Shown here: positions 1-8,963 of the stretch, piece by piece
How positions within the stretch are numbered: the stretch's first letter is position 1
Layout of the letters: each line of letters begins with the position of its first letter
Virus record (IMG/VR): IMGVR_UViG_3300017963_004045
Source of the DNA: an uncultured virus (IMG/VR IMGVR_UViG_3300017963_004045)
Lineage: Duplodnaviria; Heunggongvirae; Uroviricota; Caudoviricetes
Reading direction: 5' to 3' (one strand)
Length of the DNA: 64,000 bases
Notes under the pieces: model-generated
Database searches by the model: none
Told to the model about the DNA's origin: nothing
Seen by the model: only the letters and a program-made list of their open reading frames with translations
Made by a program: the position numbers and the translations under genes

Positions 1-540
1 GTTGTAAGTTTCAGAAACAATATCATAGACCATCAAGGTAGTTGCATTATAACCCTGAACAACGGTGTCCTCCCATATGCAAGGGGGATAACCATGACAG
101 CCCGATAGCAAAGTAGTTGTATTGGTCGAAATCTTATGCAAGTATAATGCAGAATTGCGAACATTCATGACCATGTAATCCCCATAAATGTCAGAATAAG
201 CAATGGGATAAGTCCCACTATTGTCGAAATCAATTCTCCTGAACTCTTCACCAGAATCCAAATCATAGATGACGAAATCGTATTCATAATAATCGAAATA
301 ACACATGTTGTCATCATATATCGCTGGAAGATAGGTATAGTTGTAATCAGTAATGCGAATCGGGTCTGACATTTCAAAAAGTCCATCATCGACAGTCACA
401 CTGGACTCAGTATCCAATACAATGGTGCTCTCCCGAATACCATAACCGCCAAAGTAGATGAACGCTGGAATAATGAAGCATATTACTATCCCAAACAAAA
501 TCTCTTCCTTGTAGTTCCTAACATCATATTTTCGACTCAT
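1..540 (-). CDS. Membrane-anchored beta-propeller surface protein (class B paralog), runs off the left edge
   Basis: Manual translation from ATG at 540 is open for 180 codons: MSRKYDVRNYKEEILFGIVICFIIPAFIYFGG...DDGLFEMSDPIRI...VIYDLDSGEEF. This matches the N-termini of paralogs (DDDKFTVSDPI, EDGLWEFGEPIRI). Not in the ORF track. Confidence 0.85.
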   Translation of the reverse strand, partial: MSRKYDVRNYKEEILFGIVICFIIPAFIYFGGYGIRESTIVLDTESSVTVDDGLFEMSDPIRITDYNYTYLPAIYDDNMCYFDYYEYDFVIYDLDSGEEFRRIDFDNSGTYPIAYSDIYGDYMVMNVRNSALYLHKISTNTTTLLSGCHGYPPCIWEDTVVQGYNATTLMVYDIVSETYN

Positions 541-1274
541 AGCCAATCACCTTCATCATCCATTTCTCCTTGTTCAATCCACCAATCCTTGAATTCCTCA
601 TCTCCGACTTTGCAACCAAAGTCCTCTGCAATCTCTAATGTTGTCTTATCCTCGAAATTCCACCAAGAATCACTCTGAACCTTATCAAAGTTTATCTTGG
701 GTTCTCTTTCATCTATGACATGATGTAGATTTCTCAATACTGACAAATCGTGTTTGATTTGTGATTTCAACTCTTTCCTATCCTTCGGTATTGGCGACAT
801 CCAATCCCTGTTATATTCCTTAATTTGATTGACAATATGTAGAAAATCATCATATACAATGATGTGGGTATCTTCCCAACCAATGAACACATTCTTTATT
901 CCTTTTGCACGACCCTCAACTACAATCTGCTCACCCTCATCATCGTCCTCCTCAGAGTAATAGGAATAGTTGAAATTACTGGCATTTAAAAGCCACTCTT
1001 CGAGAACTTCCTTTGCATGTTTCTCAAGGGCACTAATATAGGCGTTCTCCTGCATATTGCATATGGAGTTATGAACCTCACTCATTTCACATCCAGAAAT
1101 CTTATTGTCCGCTATCAACCTCTTCTTCTCAGAGTCCTCAACATAACATAGGTCGAACTTCATAGCCCACTCCCAGATATTAGTCCAAGAAGCATCATCT
1201 GGCAAAATCTTAAGGTCGCTCATAAGGTCATCTGTTTTAGCAACAATCCTGAATGTTCTGCTCAAGCCCACCAC
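537..1274 (-). CDS. Hypothetical acidic protein
   Basis: 245-aa ORF; its stop overlaps the downstream ATG; start uncertain. Confidence 0.65.
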   Translation of the reverse strand: MVGLSRTFRIVAKTDDLMSDLKILPDDASWTNIWEWAMKFDLCYVEDSEKKRLIADNKISGCEMSEVHNSICNMQENAYISALEKHAKEVLEEWLLNASNFNYSYYSEEDDDEGEQIVVEGRAKGIKNVFIGWEDTHIIVYDDFLHIVNQIKEYNRDWMSPIPKDRKELKSQIKHDLSVLRNLHHVIDEREPKINFDKVQSDSWWNFEDKTTLEIAEDFGCKVGDEEFKDWWIEQGEMDDEGDWL

Positions 1275-1783
1275 CCCATCATTATCGCCAAATATATCGG
1301 AACGATTCCAACAATCGTTGAAATTGAAATCGCTAAGATGACATTATATCTGGTATCGCCATAATCTTGTTTCATCAGATAATTTGAAGCCTTTAGCATA
1401 ATCTCAAAGGCTATGAAGCCATAGATGAACCATAGAATCGTATCCAAATCTGGATACCACATATAGTAATATCTGAGAACATAGAATGAGAACTGAGTAG
1501 TAAACAAAGCCAGAACACCAATTATAATCCTCTCTCTGGTAGTATCCGCAACGCTGTAGATATAATACCAATGGTCTGTTACTACACCAAATCCAACCAA
1601 AGCCATAAGAATCAAGACATTGACGACCTGAAGTCCGACAAGTGCATTGATATAACCACTTGGAAGGTAAACGCCCACCCTATTGAAGAACAACAAAATT
1701 ATGAAGGCTACCACTGGTAGAAAATAAAAGGGCGTTGGTTTTATCTGTTGAACAGATACTATATCGAAGTCATCTTCTGTCAT
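1262..1783 (-). CDS. Small polytopic membrane protein, paralog of 21720-22256
   Basis: Start MTEDDF after GAGAGG. About 5 hydrophobic segments. MTEDDFDIVSVQQIKPTPFYFLPVV aligns with MANGNDYEIMAVKDVGNKPSAVYFMPVV. Confidence 0.8.
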   Translation of the reverse strand: MTEDDFDIVSVQQIKPTPFYFLPVVAFIILLFFNRVGVYLPSGYINALVGLQVVNVLILMALVGFGVVTDHWYYIYSVADTTRERIIIGVLALFTTQFSFYVLRYYYMWYPDLDTILWFIYGFIAFEIMLKASNYLMKQDYGDTRYNVILAISISTIVGIVPIYLAIMMGWWA

Positions 1784-1798
1784 TTTTGTCCTCTCTTT

Positions 1799-1834
1799 AA
1801 CCGCATTTAGATTACGGCAGTTACGGTTCTGCCC
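1799..1834 (-). ncRNA. Intergenic pseudoknot motif, copy 1
   Basis: GGGCAG-AACCGUAA-CUGCCG-UAAUCUAAAU-GCGGUU; the loop can pair with downstream GCGGUU. Confidence 0.65.
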
Positions 1835-1837
1835 ATG

Positions 1838-1869
1838 AGGAAATAAGAAGAGGTGGGGGCGAACCCCCA
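1838..1869 (-). terminator. Hairpin plus pyrimidine tract
   Basis: UGGGGG-UUCG-CCCCCA followed by CCUCUUCUUAUUUCCU, just after the stop of 1876-2088. Confidence 0.55.
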
Positions 1870-1875
1870 TTTACT

Positions 1876-2088
1876 TCACTCATGTATCTGTGGCGATGGG
1901 ATGTGTCCCATTATGAAGTTGTCATTCTGCCTGACGAATGCTTCCGCTTCACCTACGGTTGCGAAATGTAGGCAGATTTCCATATGTCTCGCATCATTGC
2001 CAGTATGAACGATGCGTGACTTAGCACCCATCGGCATCTTCGCCTGAGCCATCGATGGCATACCCAATATGGTGCATACTTCGACCAT
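1876..2088 (-). CDS. Hypothetical protein (70 aa)
   Basis: GGAGGTG 7 nt before ATG. Confidence 0.7.
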   Translation of the reverse strand: MVEVCTILGMPSMAQAKMPMGAKSRIVHTGNDARHMEICLHFATVGEAEAFVRQNDNFIMGHIPSPQIHE

Positions 2089-2137
2089 GTTTTTTCACCT
2101 CCTTTATGTTTTTCATACTCTTGCTGTCTTTCCATTG

Positions 2138-2177
2138 AACCGCTTTTTATCTGGTATGGGCAGTAGCGGTTCTGCCC
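2138..2177 (-). ncRNA. Intergenic pseudoknot motif, copy 2
   Basis: GGGCAG-AACCGCUA-CUGCCC-AUACCAGAUAAAAA-GCGGUU. Confidence 0.7.
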
Positions 2178-2202
2178 GTTGAGTTTATTGATGAAAACAC
2201 CA

Positions 2203-2358
2203 TTAGAAACTAATGATGACATCATCTTTAGGCTCTATAGTTATCAAGCCTCCTGCCTTACCGTTTGGCAGGGTGCAATGGGAGATAAAACCAGAAATGT
2301 TCGGGTTTCTCGAAATCCCTCTCTTAAGAGCCTCTATCGGTATACATACCTGTGGAAT
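2203..2358 (-). CDS. 51-aa protein with probable ATT start; paralog of 6334-6486
   Basis: GGAGGTG-AAAGAC-ATT; IPQVCIPIEALKRGISRNPNISGFISHCTLPNGKAGGLITIEPKDDVIISF*; not in the ORF track. Confidence 0.75.
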   Translation of the reverse strand: MPQVCIPIEALKRGISRNPNISGFISHCTLPNGKAGGLITIEPKDDVIISF

Positions 2359-2378
2359 GTCTTTCACCTCCTTTCAAT

Positions 2379-2528
2379 TTATGTCAACTCCTGAGTTATA
2401 GCCACATCTGGGCTAAATTTCTTTTGGACTATGAACCTACTGATAGCATGACAGAAATCCAACTGATGATTGTCGTCCTGATTGCAGAACTCCTTAGCCA
2501 TGCCTATCCATTCAGGTAACTCTGACAC
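2379..2528 (-). CDS. Possible 49-aa hypothetical protein
   Basis: Open frame from GTG filling the gap between adjacent genes (SELPEWIGMAKEFC...). Confidence 0.4.
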   Translation of the reverse strand: MSELPEWIGMAKEFCNQDDNHQLDFCHAISRFIVQKKFSPDVAITQELT

Positions 2529-2530
2529 CC

Positions 2531-2920
2531 TCATTCCTCCTTGAATCCTTGACCATATCCGAGTGGTTCTTTCAGTTCCATAGCCATCTCGTATTCTCTT
2601 CCTTCACGCTCTGCAATCATGTCCTCTGCCTTTGACCTATTAATATCGCTCTCCATCTTTACGAGCCATGTGTAATAGTCATCATGCTCAATCAGATGGT
2701 CAAGGGCAATCTTACAGGCGACATACTTATCATCAGTGTGCTCCATCTCGACCTTGATGCCCATCCTTAGTTGGTGCATATCAATTGAATCACAACTGTC
2801 CTTGCCATGAGTCTGGACATGCTTGTGGAATAAGCCCTGTCTGTATATCCCCATACCCGCATTTGTGAACTTCCGAACTGCATCGCACATATTCCTTTCC
2901 TCACGATAGTCATCAGCCAT
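2531..2920 (-). CDS. DUF5661-like protein
   Basis: QLRMGIKVEMEH...KIALDHLIEHDDYYTWL motif typical of this virus-associated family (recognised by eye). Confidence 0.7.
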   Translation of the reverse strand: MADDYREERNMCDAVRKFTNAGMGIYRQGLFHKHVQTHGKDSCDSIDMHQLRMGIKVEMEHTDDKYVACKIALDHLIEHDDYYTWLVKMESDINRSKAEDMIAEREGREYEMAMELKEPLGYGQGFKEE

Positions 2921-3147
2921 CAGAATCCAGCCTCCTTCAGTATTTTGTCAATCTCTGGATAGGAATGTGTTCCAAAGGAATGGAATCGCTTCTGTTCCTC
3001 TGCAAGTTTCCGAATCTTCTGGAGAGCCTGACCTCTTTTCTGGCACTCAATGTCATCAAGGTCGCACTCGTCCTCGAAACCCATCTTGCCCCTCATCTTC
3101 TTGATTCTGGTATCCTTTCTCTTCGCTCCGTTGGTCATTCTCCACAC
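2920..3147 (-). CDS. Hypothetical protein
   Basis: Tightly packed in the minus-strand operon. Confidence 0.55.
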   Translation of the reverse strand: MWRMTNGAKRKDTRIKKMRGKMGFEDECDLDDIECQKRGQALQKIRKLAEEQKRFHSFGTHSYPEIDKILKEAGF

Positions 3148-3458
3148 TCCTCTCCGTTGATAAATATGTCAACGCCATGCCTCTGTCCACTAAATTCAAT
3201 AATCTGTCTGAAGTCAGGCAAATTCTCCATTTTTCTCTCCTTCCCAAGCCAAGCGGGGTCATGATAGGCTACAACCTTCGGATTCTCAGGGTCAGACTGT
3301 CTTTCTGGTATGACAAGGCAACTGCGATACATGGGATAGAATCTGTCACCATCTTCATAGTGGAAATGGTGTGCCAAATCGCATATCAATCTTCCTGTGC
3401 GAAGTCCAGCCTCGTGCCAATCTCTCCTCAAATCCTCAAAGGTGTAGTCCTCTGGCAT
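3135..3458 (-). CDS. Hypothetical protein
   Basis: GGGGGATG SD-like site; operon packing. Confidence 0.65.
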   Translation of the reverse strand: MPEDYTFEDLRRDWHEAGLRTGRLICDLAHHFHYEDGDRFYPMYRSCLVIPERQSDPENPKVVAYHDPAWLGKERKMENLPDFRQIIEFSGQRHGVDIFINGEECGE

Positions 3459-3459
3459 G

Positions 3460-3678
3460 TCATCCCCCCGAAACGCACTTCTCGAATGCCCTCATCTGAT
3501 GAGCCTCATCCGTCAAACAAGCATTCACCTTTCTCTGTAGGTTCTCTTTAAGGTCACAAGCCCAAGTGAGACCATGCTGATGGCAATTATGATTGGCTAT
3601 CACCTGCTCGGCATAGAATCTATCGCAATCTTCCATCTGAGCCAACAGGTTCGGTAGCATGACCTCACAATCAGTCAC
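3460..3678 (-). CDS. Cys-rich hypothetical protein
   Basis: 72 aa, 6 Cys, operon packing. Confidence 0.55.
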   Translation of the reverse strand: MTDCEVMLPNLLAQMEDCDRFYAEQVIANHNCHQHGLTWACDLKENLQRKVNACLTDEAHQMRAFEKCVSGG

Positions 3679-4082
3679 TATATCACCCTCACGAGAACAT
3701 CATATGTTGCAATCAAATTCGGAGAAGCACCAATCTGGAACTCCAATGTATATTCTCCACGAACCAGTGCCTTAAAAGTCCATATCTCATACGGTCTCCC
3801 TGAGATATTAACACCCGTTGAAGTATTCCACTGGAAGGAACTAATCAACTCACCTTGATTGACAAGTTCCCATTGAGGTGGACTCGTCCTTTCTGGCAGG
3901 ACAATGGATACGGTCTCGTTGTAATTAACCGAGATTTGTTCCTGCGGTGCAGTCGTAATGAACGGAGAGGGTATCGGCTGATACAGATACATATATGTCA
4001 TCACAATCAAAGCAACGACAACAACGGCTGTAACTCCCTTCCAATCAGTGCATTTCTCTGGTGGGCATCTATCATTCACCAT
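3678..4082 (-). CDS. Membrane-anchored chagasin/I42-like protease inhibitor domain protein
   Basis: N-terminal TM, then ISV..ETVSIVLPE..W...G.PYEIWTFKALVRGEYTLEF pattern of I42 Ig-like inhibitors. Confidence 0.6.
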   Translation of the reverse strand: MVNDRCPPEKCTDWKGVTAVVVVALIVMTYMYLYQPIPSPFITTAPQEQISVNYNETVSIVLPERTSPPQWELVNQGELISSFQWNTSTGVNISGRPYEIWTFKALVRGEYTLEFQIGASPNLIATYDVLVRVI

Positions 4083-4786
4083 ATCGCCTCCTTTAACATA
4101 GGTTGAAGTTGTTCAGGTTCTAAATTAGGGGGAAGAGTTACCTTCTGGCGTTTGAGGGCAACAATCTTACGATTAGCCTCGTCCTGCCAAAAACCCACCC
4201 TGCCTCGACCCTCGCTCTTCCATAGGTCTGGTCTGAACAATGGGTAATAGTCACGACCAATGTTTTCCTCCTTGAGTTCGTCCCAATCAGAAGGGTCTGC
4301 TCTATCCCTGCCCCTTCTTATTATGAAACGACCTCCGTAGAGGTCACTACTGGTCACATTCGCCGAGACTCTCATATTGTCCATGACATCGTTGATTGTC
4401 TCATTGAAATCAACCCAGTCATACCAATTGAGAACTCTGCCTCTCCTCTGCCTTTCGCCAGATGGAGTAAGTCTTGGGGATAAATTATATCCATAATCGT
4501 CAACGAAATCATAAGTGAGTCTGCACCTAAGAAGGTCAATTCTTGTAGTATCGGTCTGAACATTACACTCTATACCTCTCTTTTCCAATTCCCTATCAAG
4601 TTTGGTAACGAACCTTCTCATTTCATGTGGCTTCATTATCAAGCAAACCTCATCATATGGATGGAAATCTGGATTGATTTTCCTCATAAGTGCCAGTCTG
4701 CGTCCAGTGAGACTCCTCTGCTCTTCAGGATACTTGAACTTGCACTTTCTAACACTCGTTACTTTTACTATGACACCACCCCACAT
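4076..4786 (-). CDS. Hypothetical basic protein
   Basis: 236-aa ORF; start uncertain. Confidence 0.7.
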   Translation of the reverse strand: MWGGVIVKVTSVRKCKFKYPEEQRSLTGRRLALMRKINPDFHPYDEVCLIMKPHEMRRFVTKLDRELEKRGIECNVQTDTTRIDLLRCRLTYDFVDDYGYNLSPRLTPSGERQRRGRVLNWYDWVDFNETINDVMDNMRVSANVTSSDLYGGRFIIRRGRDRADPSDWDELKEENIGRDYYPLFRPDLWKSEGRGRVGFWQDEANRKIVALKRQKVTLPPNLEPEQLQPMLKEAIW

Positions 4787-5577
4787 GCCTCGATGTCCTT
4801 CTTAGCGAGTTCTTGCATTCTATCTATGAAGTCATCAATCTCATATCCAGCGTTGAATATCGCTTCATAAACATCATCGTGTCTCCTGAACGCCATATCA
4901 ACACCAGTCTCTTCCAAGAAATCCCTAACAGAGTTTGTAACTTGTATGGATACTGGCTCAGTATCACTGCCATACATCTCCAAATCCCCAGTCCAACCGC
5001 AACAGTCACACTTCTTGCTCGGCATATAATTGAAAGAGCCATAGTGAGTGTAGGTCGCAAGACCCCCACAAGCAGGGCACTCAACCTTAGAGACTATAAG
5101 TTCACTATCTATGTATTGCAGACCTGTTAAATGACGAGTATTCTGGACACCAAAATCGTCCAAAGCCTCGCCTATGCTATGGATGACCTTTACAGCCTCG
5201 TCTGATATGTCCTTCTTATCGAGTTTTCTTTTAGCAACCTTCAGCCTACCCTTCACAGGCTTACTTCTCGTCTGGATGTCCTCGAAATACATCTTCTCAA
5301 ACTCCCAGATACGGACATCAAACTCAGTGGGAGATTCAACCTCCAGATAATGCACAAGATTGGGATTCTCATGCTCATGAATTGGATTAAGTAATTGGGA
5401 AACGACCTTGACATTAAGATTAGATTCAAACTTAACTGGCTTATCTTTTCCCCAGAACTGACATGAGACAATATTACCATCTCGTTCACACTGTTCTTCC
5501 TTGACGATGCACACACTATTGAAACGGAATTCCCCGTCTACTGCATCGCAGTCTCTTTTGGTAATTTTTGTTCCCAT
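4768..5577 (-). CDS. Zinc-ribbon-containing hypothetical protein
   Basis: Start MGTKIT after AGGAGG; CPACG...CDCCG. Confidence 0.7.
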   Translation of the reverse strand: MGTKITKRDCDAVDGEFRFNSVCIVKEEQCERDGNIVSCQFWGKDKPVKFESNLNVKVVSQLLNPIHEHENPNLVHYLEVESPTEFDVRIWEFEKMYFEDIQTRSKPVKGRLKVAKRKLDKKDISDEAVKVIHSIGEALDDFGVQNTRHLTGLQYIDSELIVSKVECPACGGLATYTHYGSFNYMPSKKCDCCGWTGDLEMYGSDTEPVSIQVTNSVRDFLEETGVDMAFRRHDDVYEAIFNAGYEIDDFIDRMQELAKKDIEACGVVS

Positions 5578-5585
5578 GTTTCCTC

Positions 5586-5912
5586 CTACGAAGGCACTCC
5601 ATAACCCACCAGATACCCGCCCCTTGCAACGAAGCAAGGGTGCGGGAAACTGTGTGGTCTTACGGATTCTGCCTTCGGCAACCGAAGAGCAATCTCGAAC
5701 TGTCCACCCTCTCCCAAGCCACTTCTGGGTTCTACTACGAGGACTTCCCAATCAGGGATTTCATCCCCAATTTCGGCATGTCCACCAATCCAGATGTTCG
5801 TATCATCATCAGATTCGATGTCCAGACTACCGCCTCCCCGACAAAAGGCATCGATTTGCTTTCGATACCTCTCTTCGAGAGAGCGTGGCACTTCATTGTT
5901 CAGACTGCTCAC
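5586..5912 (-). CDS. Hypothetical protein
   Basis: 108-aa ORF in the operon. Confidence 0.55.
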   Translation of the reverse strand: MSSLNNEVPRSLEERYRKQIDAFCRGGGSLDIESDDDTNIWIGGHAEIGDEIPDWEVLVVEPRSGLGEGGQFEIALRLPKAESVRPHSFPHPCFVARGGYLVGYGVPS

Positions 5913-5918
5913 TCTCGG

Positions 5919-6218
5919 TTATTTCTTCTTTTTCTTGGTAGTTGCTCTTGCAGATTTCGACTTTGGTTTCTTGACGACACACTTATCGCCAACGAGATTT
6001 CCACCGAAGCGTTCACAGGTCATCTTGTGGTAGTCTTTGTCCTGTATCTTGTTCATCATGTCCCGAATCCTGACAGCCTGTGGACGGTTTTCCCTGTCCC
6101 AGTTCTCTTTGTCAAGTTGGGTGCAACTGCCATCGATACAGCCGTAGACCTTCAGTGTCGCCCCTTCCTTGTGCTGGATAGGGTCGAATCTCAGCGTTGG
6201 CGTTCCTTCTTTGTCCAT
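5919..6218 (-). CDS. Hypothetical protein with Cys pairs and Lys-rich tail
   Basis: GGAGGTA SD; C-terminal KKPKSKSARATTKKKKK. Confidence 0.7.
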   Translation of the reverse strand: MDKEGTPTLRFDPIQHKEGATLKVYGCIDGSCTQLDKENWDRENRPQAVRIRDMMNKIQDKDYHKMTCERFGGNLVGDKCVVKKPKSKSARATTKKKKK

Positions 6219-6253
6219 ATCTTCTACCTCCTTTCAAGTTTTATTCTCCTTTG

Positions 6254-6289
6254 AACCACGATTTGTTCAGGGCAGTTGCGGTTCTGCCC
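6254..6289 (-). ncRNA. Intergenic pseudoknot motif, copy 3
   Basis: GGGCAG-AACCGCAA-CUGCCC-UGAACAAAUC-GUGGUU (G-U compatible change); preceded by hairpin AUGGAGGG-GCAA-CUCUCCAU. Confidence 0.7.
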
Positions 6290-6333
6290 ATTGAGATGGA
6301 GAGTTGCCCCTCCATTATGTATGATAATGTGTA

Positions 6334-6486
6334 TCACAGAGAGATAACAACATCATCACTTGGGTTAATCTGAATCAACCCACCAGTCTGTCCGTTAGGC
6401 AACACGCATTTCGCAATTTGTGGGGACACATTCGGATTCTTTATCGCCCCATCGATTGCCGTTGACGGAATACATATAGATGGTAT
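6334..6486 (-). CDS. 50-aa protein with probable ATA start; paralog of 2203-2358
   Basis: GGAGGTG-AAAAA-ATA; IPSICIPSTAIDGAIKNPNVSPQIAKCVLPNGQTGGLIQINPSDDVVISL*; not in the ORF track. Confidence 0.75.
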   Translation of the reverse strand: MPSICIPSTAIDGAIKNPNVSPQIAKCVLPNGQTGGLIQINPSDDVVISL

Positions 6487-6490
6487 TTTT

Positions 6491-6901
6491 TCACCTCCTT
6501 TCAAATTCTATGTCATAGTATGACTCTAATAGTTCTGCCTTCATCTTCTCCTTCTCTTCACGGCTTTTATCAGAATGATTGTCTACCAGTTCATTTATGT
6601 AGTCTTTTCTCATGCTGTCGAAATTGAAGTCAGATTTGCCAGACTTCATAAGACGCTCCGCTTTCCCAAAACAAGCCTTCCTCTCATCATATGAAAGACC
6701 TCTGGCACATTCCCGAATTACCAATGCCCTCTCATTCGGCATTTGAATCTTCCGAAATCCCTTCTTAGTGCGTAAATCAATTGAGAAAATCTCACCGCCC
6801 TTGATAGCCCATAGACCGCCCTTAACAATCCAAACATCATCAACCTCAGTCAGTTCCGCAGGGGTTATGTCCACTATCTCATCGCTATTTTTCTCAGGCA
6901 T
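6491..6901 (-). CDS. Hypothetical protein containing the PNERA..CA.G..ERK.CF module
   Basis: GAGGTGA SD; internal segment homologous to 16260-16421. Confidence 0.75.
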   Translation of the reverse strand: MPEKNSDEIVDITPAELTEVDDVWIVKGGLWAIKGGEIFSIDLRTKKGFRKIQMPNERALVIRECARGLSYDERKACFGKAERLMKSGKSDFNFDSMRKDYINELVDNHSDKSREEKEKMKAELLESYYDIEFERR

Positions 6902-6905
6902 ATTC

Positions 6906-7247
6906 TCACCTCATATCTCCTTTGACATCAGTTATCATCTTCTCAACCATCTTAATTTCATAATCAGTGACATCTCCAATTCTCCTCATGAAGTCCCTCT
7001 GCTTCTCAAGTTCCTTGAGGAAAGCCCTATCATCTGGACACTGGATAACATCAACATCGCCCTCAGTATTATGAACGAATGTTCTCACCTGCTTATTAAC
7101 CATTCCCCAATGATAGTCAGCGTTCACATACTGGTCATCATACCCCTTCTCTCTGAGGCGTTGGATATGTTCTATCCAGTTCTCTGTAGCGGATTGGTTA
7201 AATGTTCTCGTAAGCCTACATCCAGTTCCAAGCATTCTTTCCTCCAT
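6906..7247 (-). CDS. Hypothetical protein
   Basis: GGAGG SD before MEERML. Confidence 0.65.
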   Translation of the reverse strand: MEERMLGTGCRLTRTFNQSATENWIEHIQRLREKGYDDQYVNADYHWGMVNKQVRTFVHNTEGDVDVIQCPDDRAFLKELEKQRDFMRRIGDVTDYEIKMVEKMITDVKGDMR

Positions 7248-7249
7248 GT

Positions 7250-7540
7250 TCAGTCCTCCCAATCCCATTGGAAATCGTCAAATCCTACATCTTCCAGTAT
7301 CGTAACAATCTTCCTCTTGTCCGTCTCAGATATTTTGCCCTCATCATATGCAATCTTGCAAGAGACAACATGTCCAACTGGGCTATCCTTGAGTTCACAA
7401 CGAGCATCATCAACATCGAAGGTTCTCTGGCGTTTTAACTTGTTCTCGATAAGGGTCTCAACGGCACTCTTAATTTCTTCTTGCTCCAGAACGCCAGTCC
7501 CACTGAATTCAAAAATCCTCCAAAGTGCAACCTCGCTCAA
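7250..7540 (-). CDS. Hypothetical acidic protein
   Basis: Start overlaps the upstream stop. Confidence 0.65.
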   Translation of the reverse strand: MSEVALWRIFEFSGTGVLEQEEIKSAVETLIENKLKRQRTFDVDDARCELKDSPVGHVVSCKIAYDEGKISETDKRKIVTILEDVGFDDFQWDWED

Positions 7541-7965
7541 TCCTCCACCTCCACAAACTCTATGAACTCCGCAGATACTTCCCTCTTCCTCTTCTTCGAG
7601 CCACCGTTCTCATGGTAGTCCTCTGGGTAAAAATAGGGAGAGCCAGATACTTTGTGTCTGCTTCTTTTCAACATCGGTTGAACCACATTCTCTTCGACCA
7701 CATCTGCCCAATCTTCCCCCATAGTTTCCATGATTTCAATTGCCCTCTGATTCCTTCGGTTATGAGTGCTGATGTCTGTTCTAACATCATCCAGTTCTTC
7801 GGCAAGACGAATGTTCACGAACTCATCCTGAACTACTTTAGTGCATTCCTCGAATGCAGTTCCATCGGGTTTTCGTGCCAGTCTGCACACTTTCTTCCAG
7901 ACATCATCAGTCATCTTTCTCACTCTAAACCAAACAAGTTCTCCAGACTTGCTTCTTGCTCCCAT
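7537..7965 (-). CDS. Hypothetical protein
   Basis: Operon packing; true start possibly MTDDVW (7914). Confidence 0.6.
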   Translation of the reverse strand: MGARSKSGELVWFRVRKMTDDVWKKVCRLARKPDGTAFEECTKVVQDEFVNIRLAEELDDVRTDISTHNRRNQRAIEIMETMGEDWADVVEENVVQPMLKRSRHKVSGSPYFYPEDYHENGGSKKRKREVSAEFIEFVEVED

Positions 7966-8291
7966 TCTGCTTTTTGCCTCGCCAGAGCCTCTTCCATTAC
8001 TCTCTTCTCATTTGGCAACATTCTTGGGTCTTTCGCAACATCATATATCTTTCCGTTGCAAATGACCATCATCGGTCTGCCAATGGACATGTCATGCTCA
8101 TGGACGAGAGTTATACATCTCGGAGGCAATGGGCTTCTTGACTTGCTCATAGACCTCAGTATGCTTAGGCGACTCTCATTCAAGTCACCGCAGAACATCT
8201 CCTCTCCTTCCTGATATACACAAGTATTGTATATTAGGGGCTTCTGGCTTCGTTCCAGTGTCGGATTCCATCCTCTAAATTTATGAACCAT
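7920..8291 (-). CDS. Hypothetical protein
   Basis: GAGGTGA SD. Confidence 0.7.
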   Translation of the reverse strand: MVHKFRGWNPTLERSQKPLIYNTCVYQEGEEMFCGDLNESRLSILRSMSKSRSPLPPRCITLVHEHDMSIGRPMMVICNGKIYDVAKDPRMLPNEKRVMEEALARQKAEWEQEASLENLFGLE

Positions 8292-8300
8292 TTTTTCACC

Positions 8301-8513
8301 TCATAGAATGAATTTGAAGAATACAATGCCAAGAGCAATCATGCCCAAGATGAACACCATAGCGATAAATCCAGCACCTGTATATCCCACTGTTTTAAGT
8401 GGAACTATCGCAACATCTGGGTCTTTTTCTATTACGAACTTGGTAACATCTGCCACAGGTTCAGCAACGCCCTCGACACCGCCTTTGACTGCTTGTCCTA
8501 CTATACTTCCTAT
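8301..8513 (-). CDS. 70-aa protein with C-terminal TM, probable ATA start
   Basis: GAGGTG-ATGAA-ATA; IGSIVGQAVKGGVEGVAEP...GFIAMVFILGMIALGIVFFKFIL*; in frame with the upstream gene's TGA; not in the ORF track. Confidence 0.6.
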   Translation of the reverse strand: MGSIVGQAVKGGVEGVAEPVADVTKFVIEKDPDVAIVPLKTVGYTGAGFIAMVFILGMIALGIVFFKFIL

Positions 8514-8522
8514 TTCATCACC

Positions 8523-8963
8523 TCAATCTGGCAACCACTCCTGAACATCCTCATCACTGATGTTACAAGCGTTGTTCAATCCTTCCAGAGCCTTATTGAC
8601 TCTTTCTTCCATCGTGTTTCTAAGTTTTTCTATCTCCTCATCATCCAAATCTTGATAATTAGCATGGAGATTGTATATGTTGTTCCAGACACCCATAAGT
8701 TCTGCCATCGAACAGGCTCTCCTCTCGCCCTCTAAACCATAGGGATAGATGTCATCAGGATACCAATTCTCGTATGAATCAAATTCTCCGTCCTCAAAGA
8801 GTTGCCTGACTTCTATGAAACCATCACTTGTAACGCCCTTCTCCATCATCATGGAAACGGCTTTCGGGAGCAACCTCTCAGCATCATCTGGGGTCTTGAA
8901 ACCGCACTCATCCAATAGTTTATTCCCGTTATGGACGGCAACAAGACAGAACTCGAACTTCAT
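8523..8963 (-). CDS. Hypothetical acidic protein
   Basis: GAGGTG SD, ATGA overlap. Confidence 0.7.
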   Translation of the reverse strand: MKFEFCLVAVHNGNKLLDECGFKTPDDAERLLPKAVSMMMEKGVTSDGFIEVRQLFEDGEFDSYENWYPDDIYPYGLEGERRACSMAELMGVWNNIYNLHANYQDLDDEEIEKLRNTMEERVNKALEGLNNACNISDEDVQEWLPD

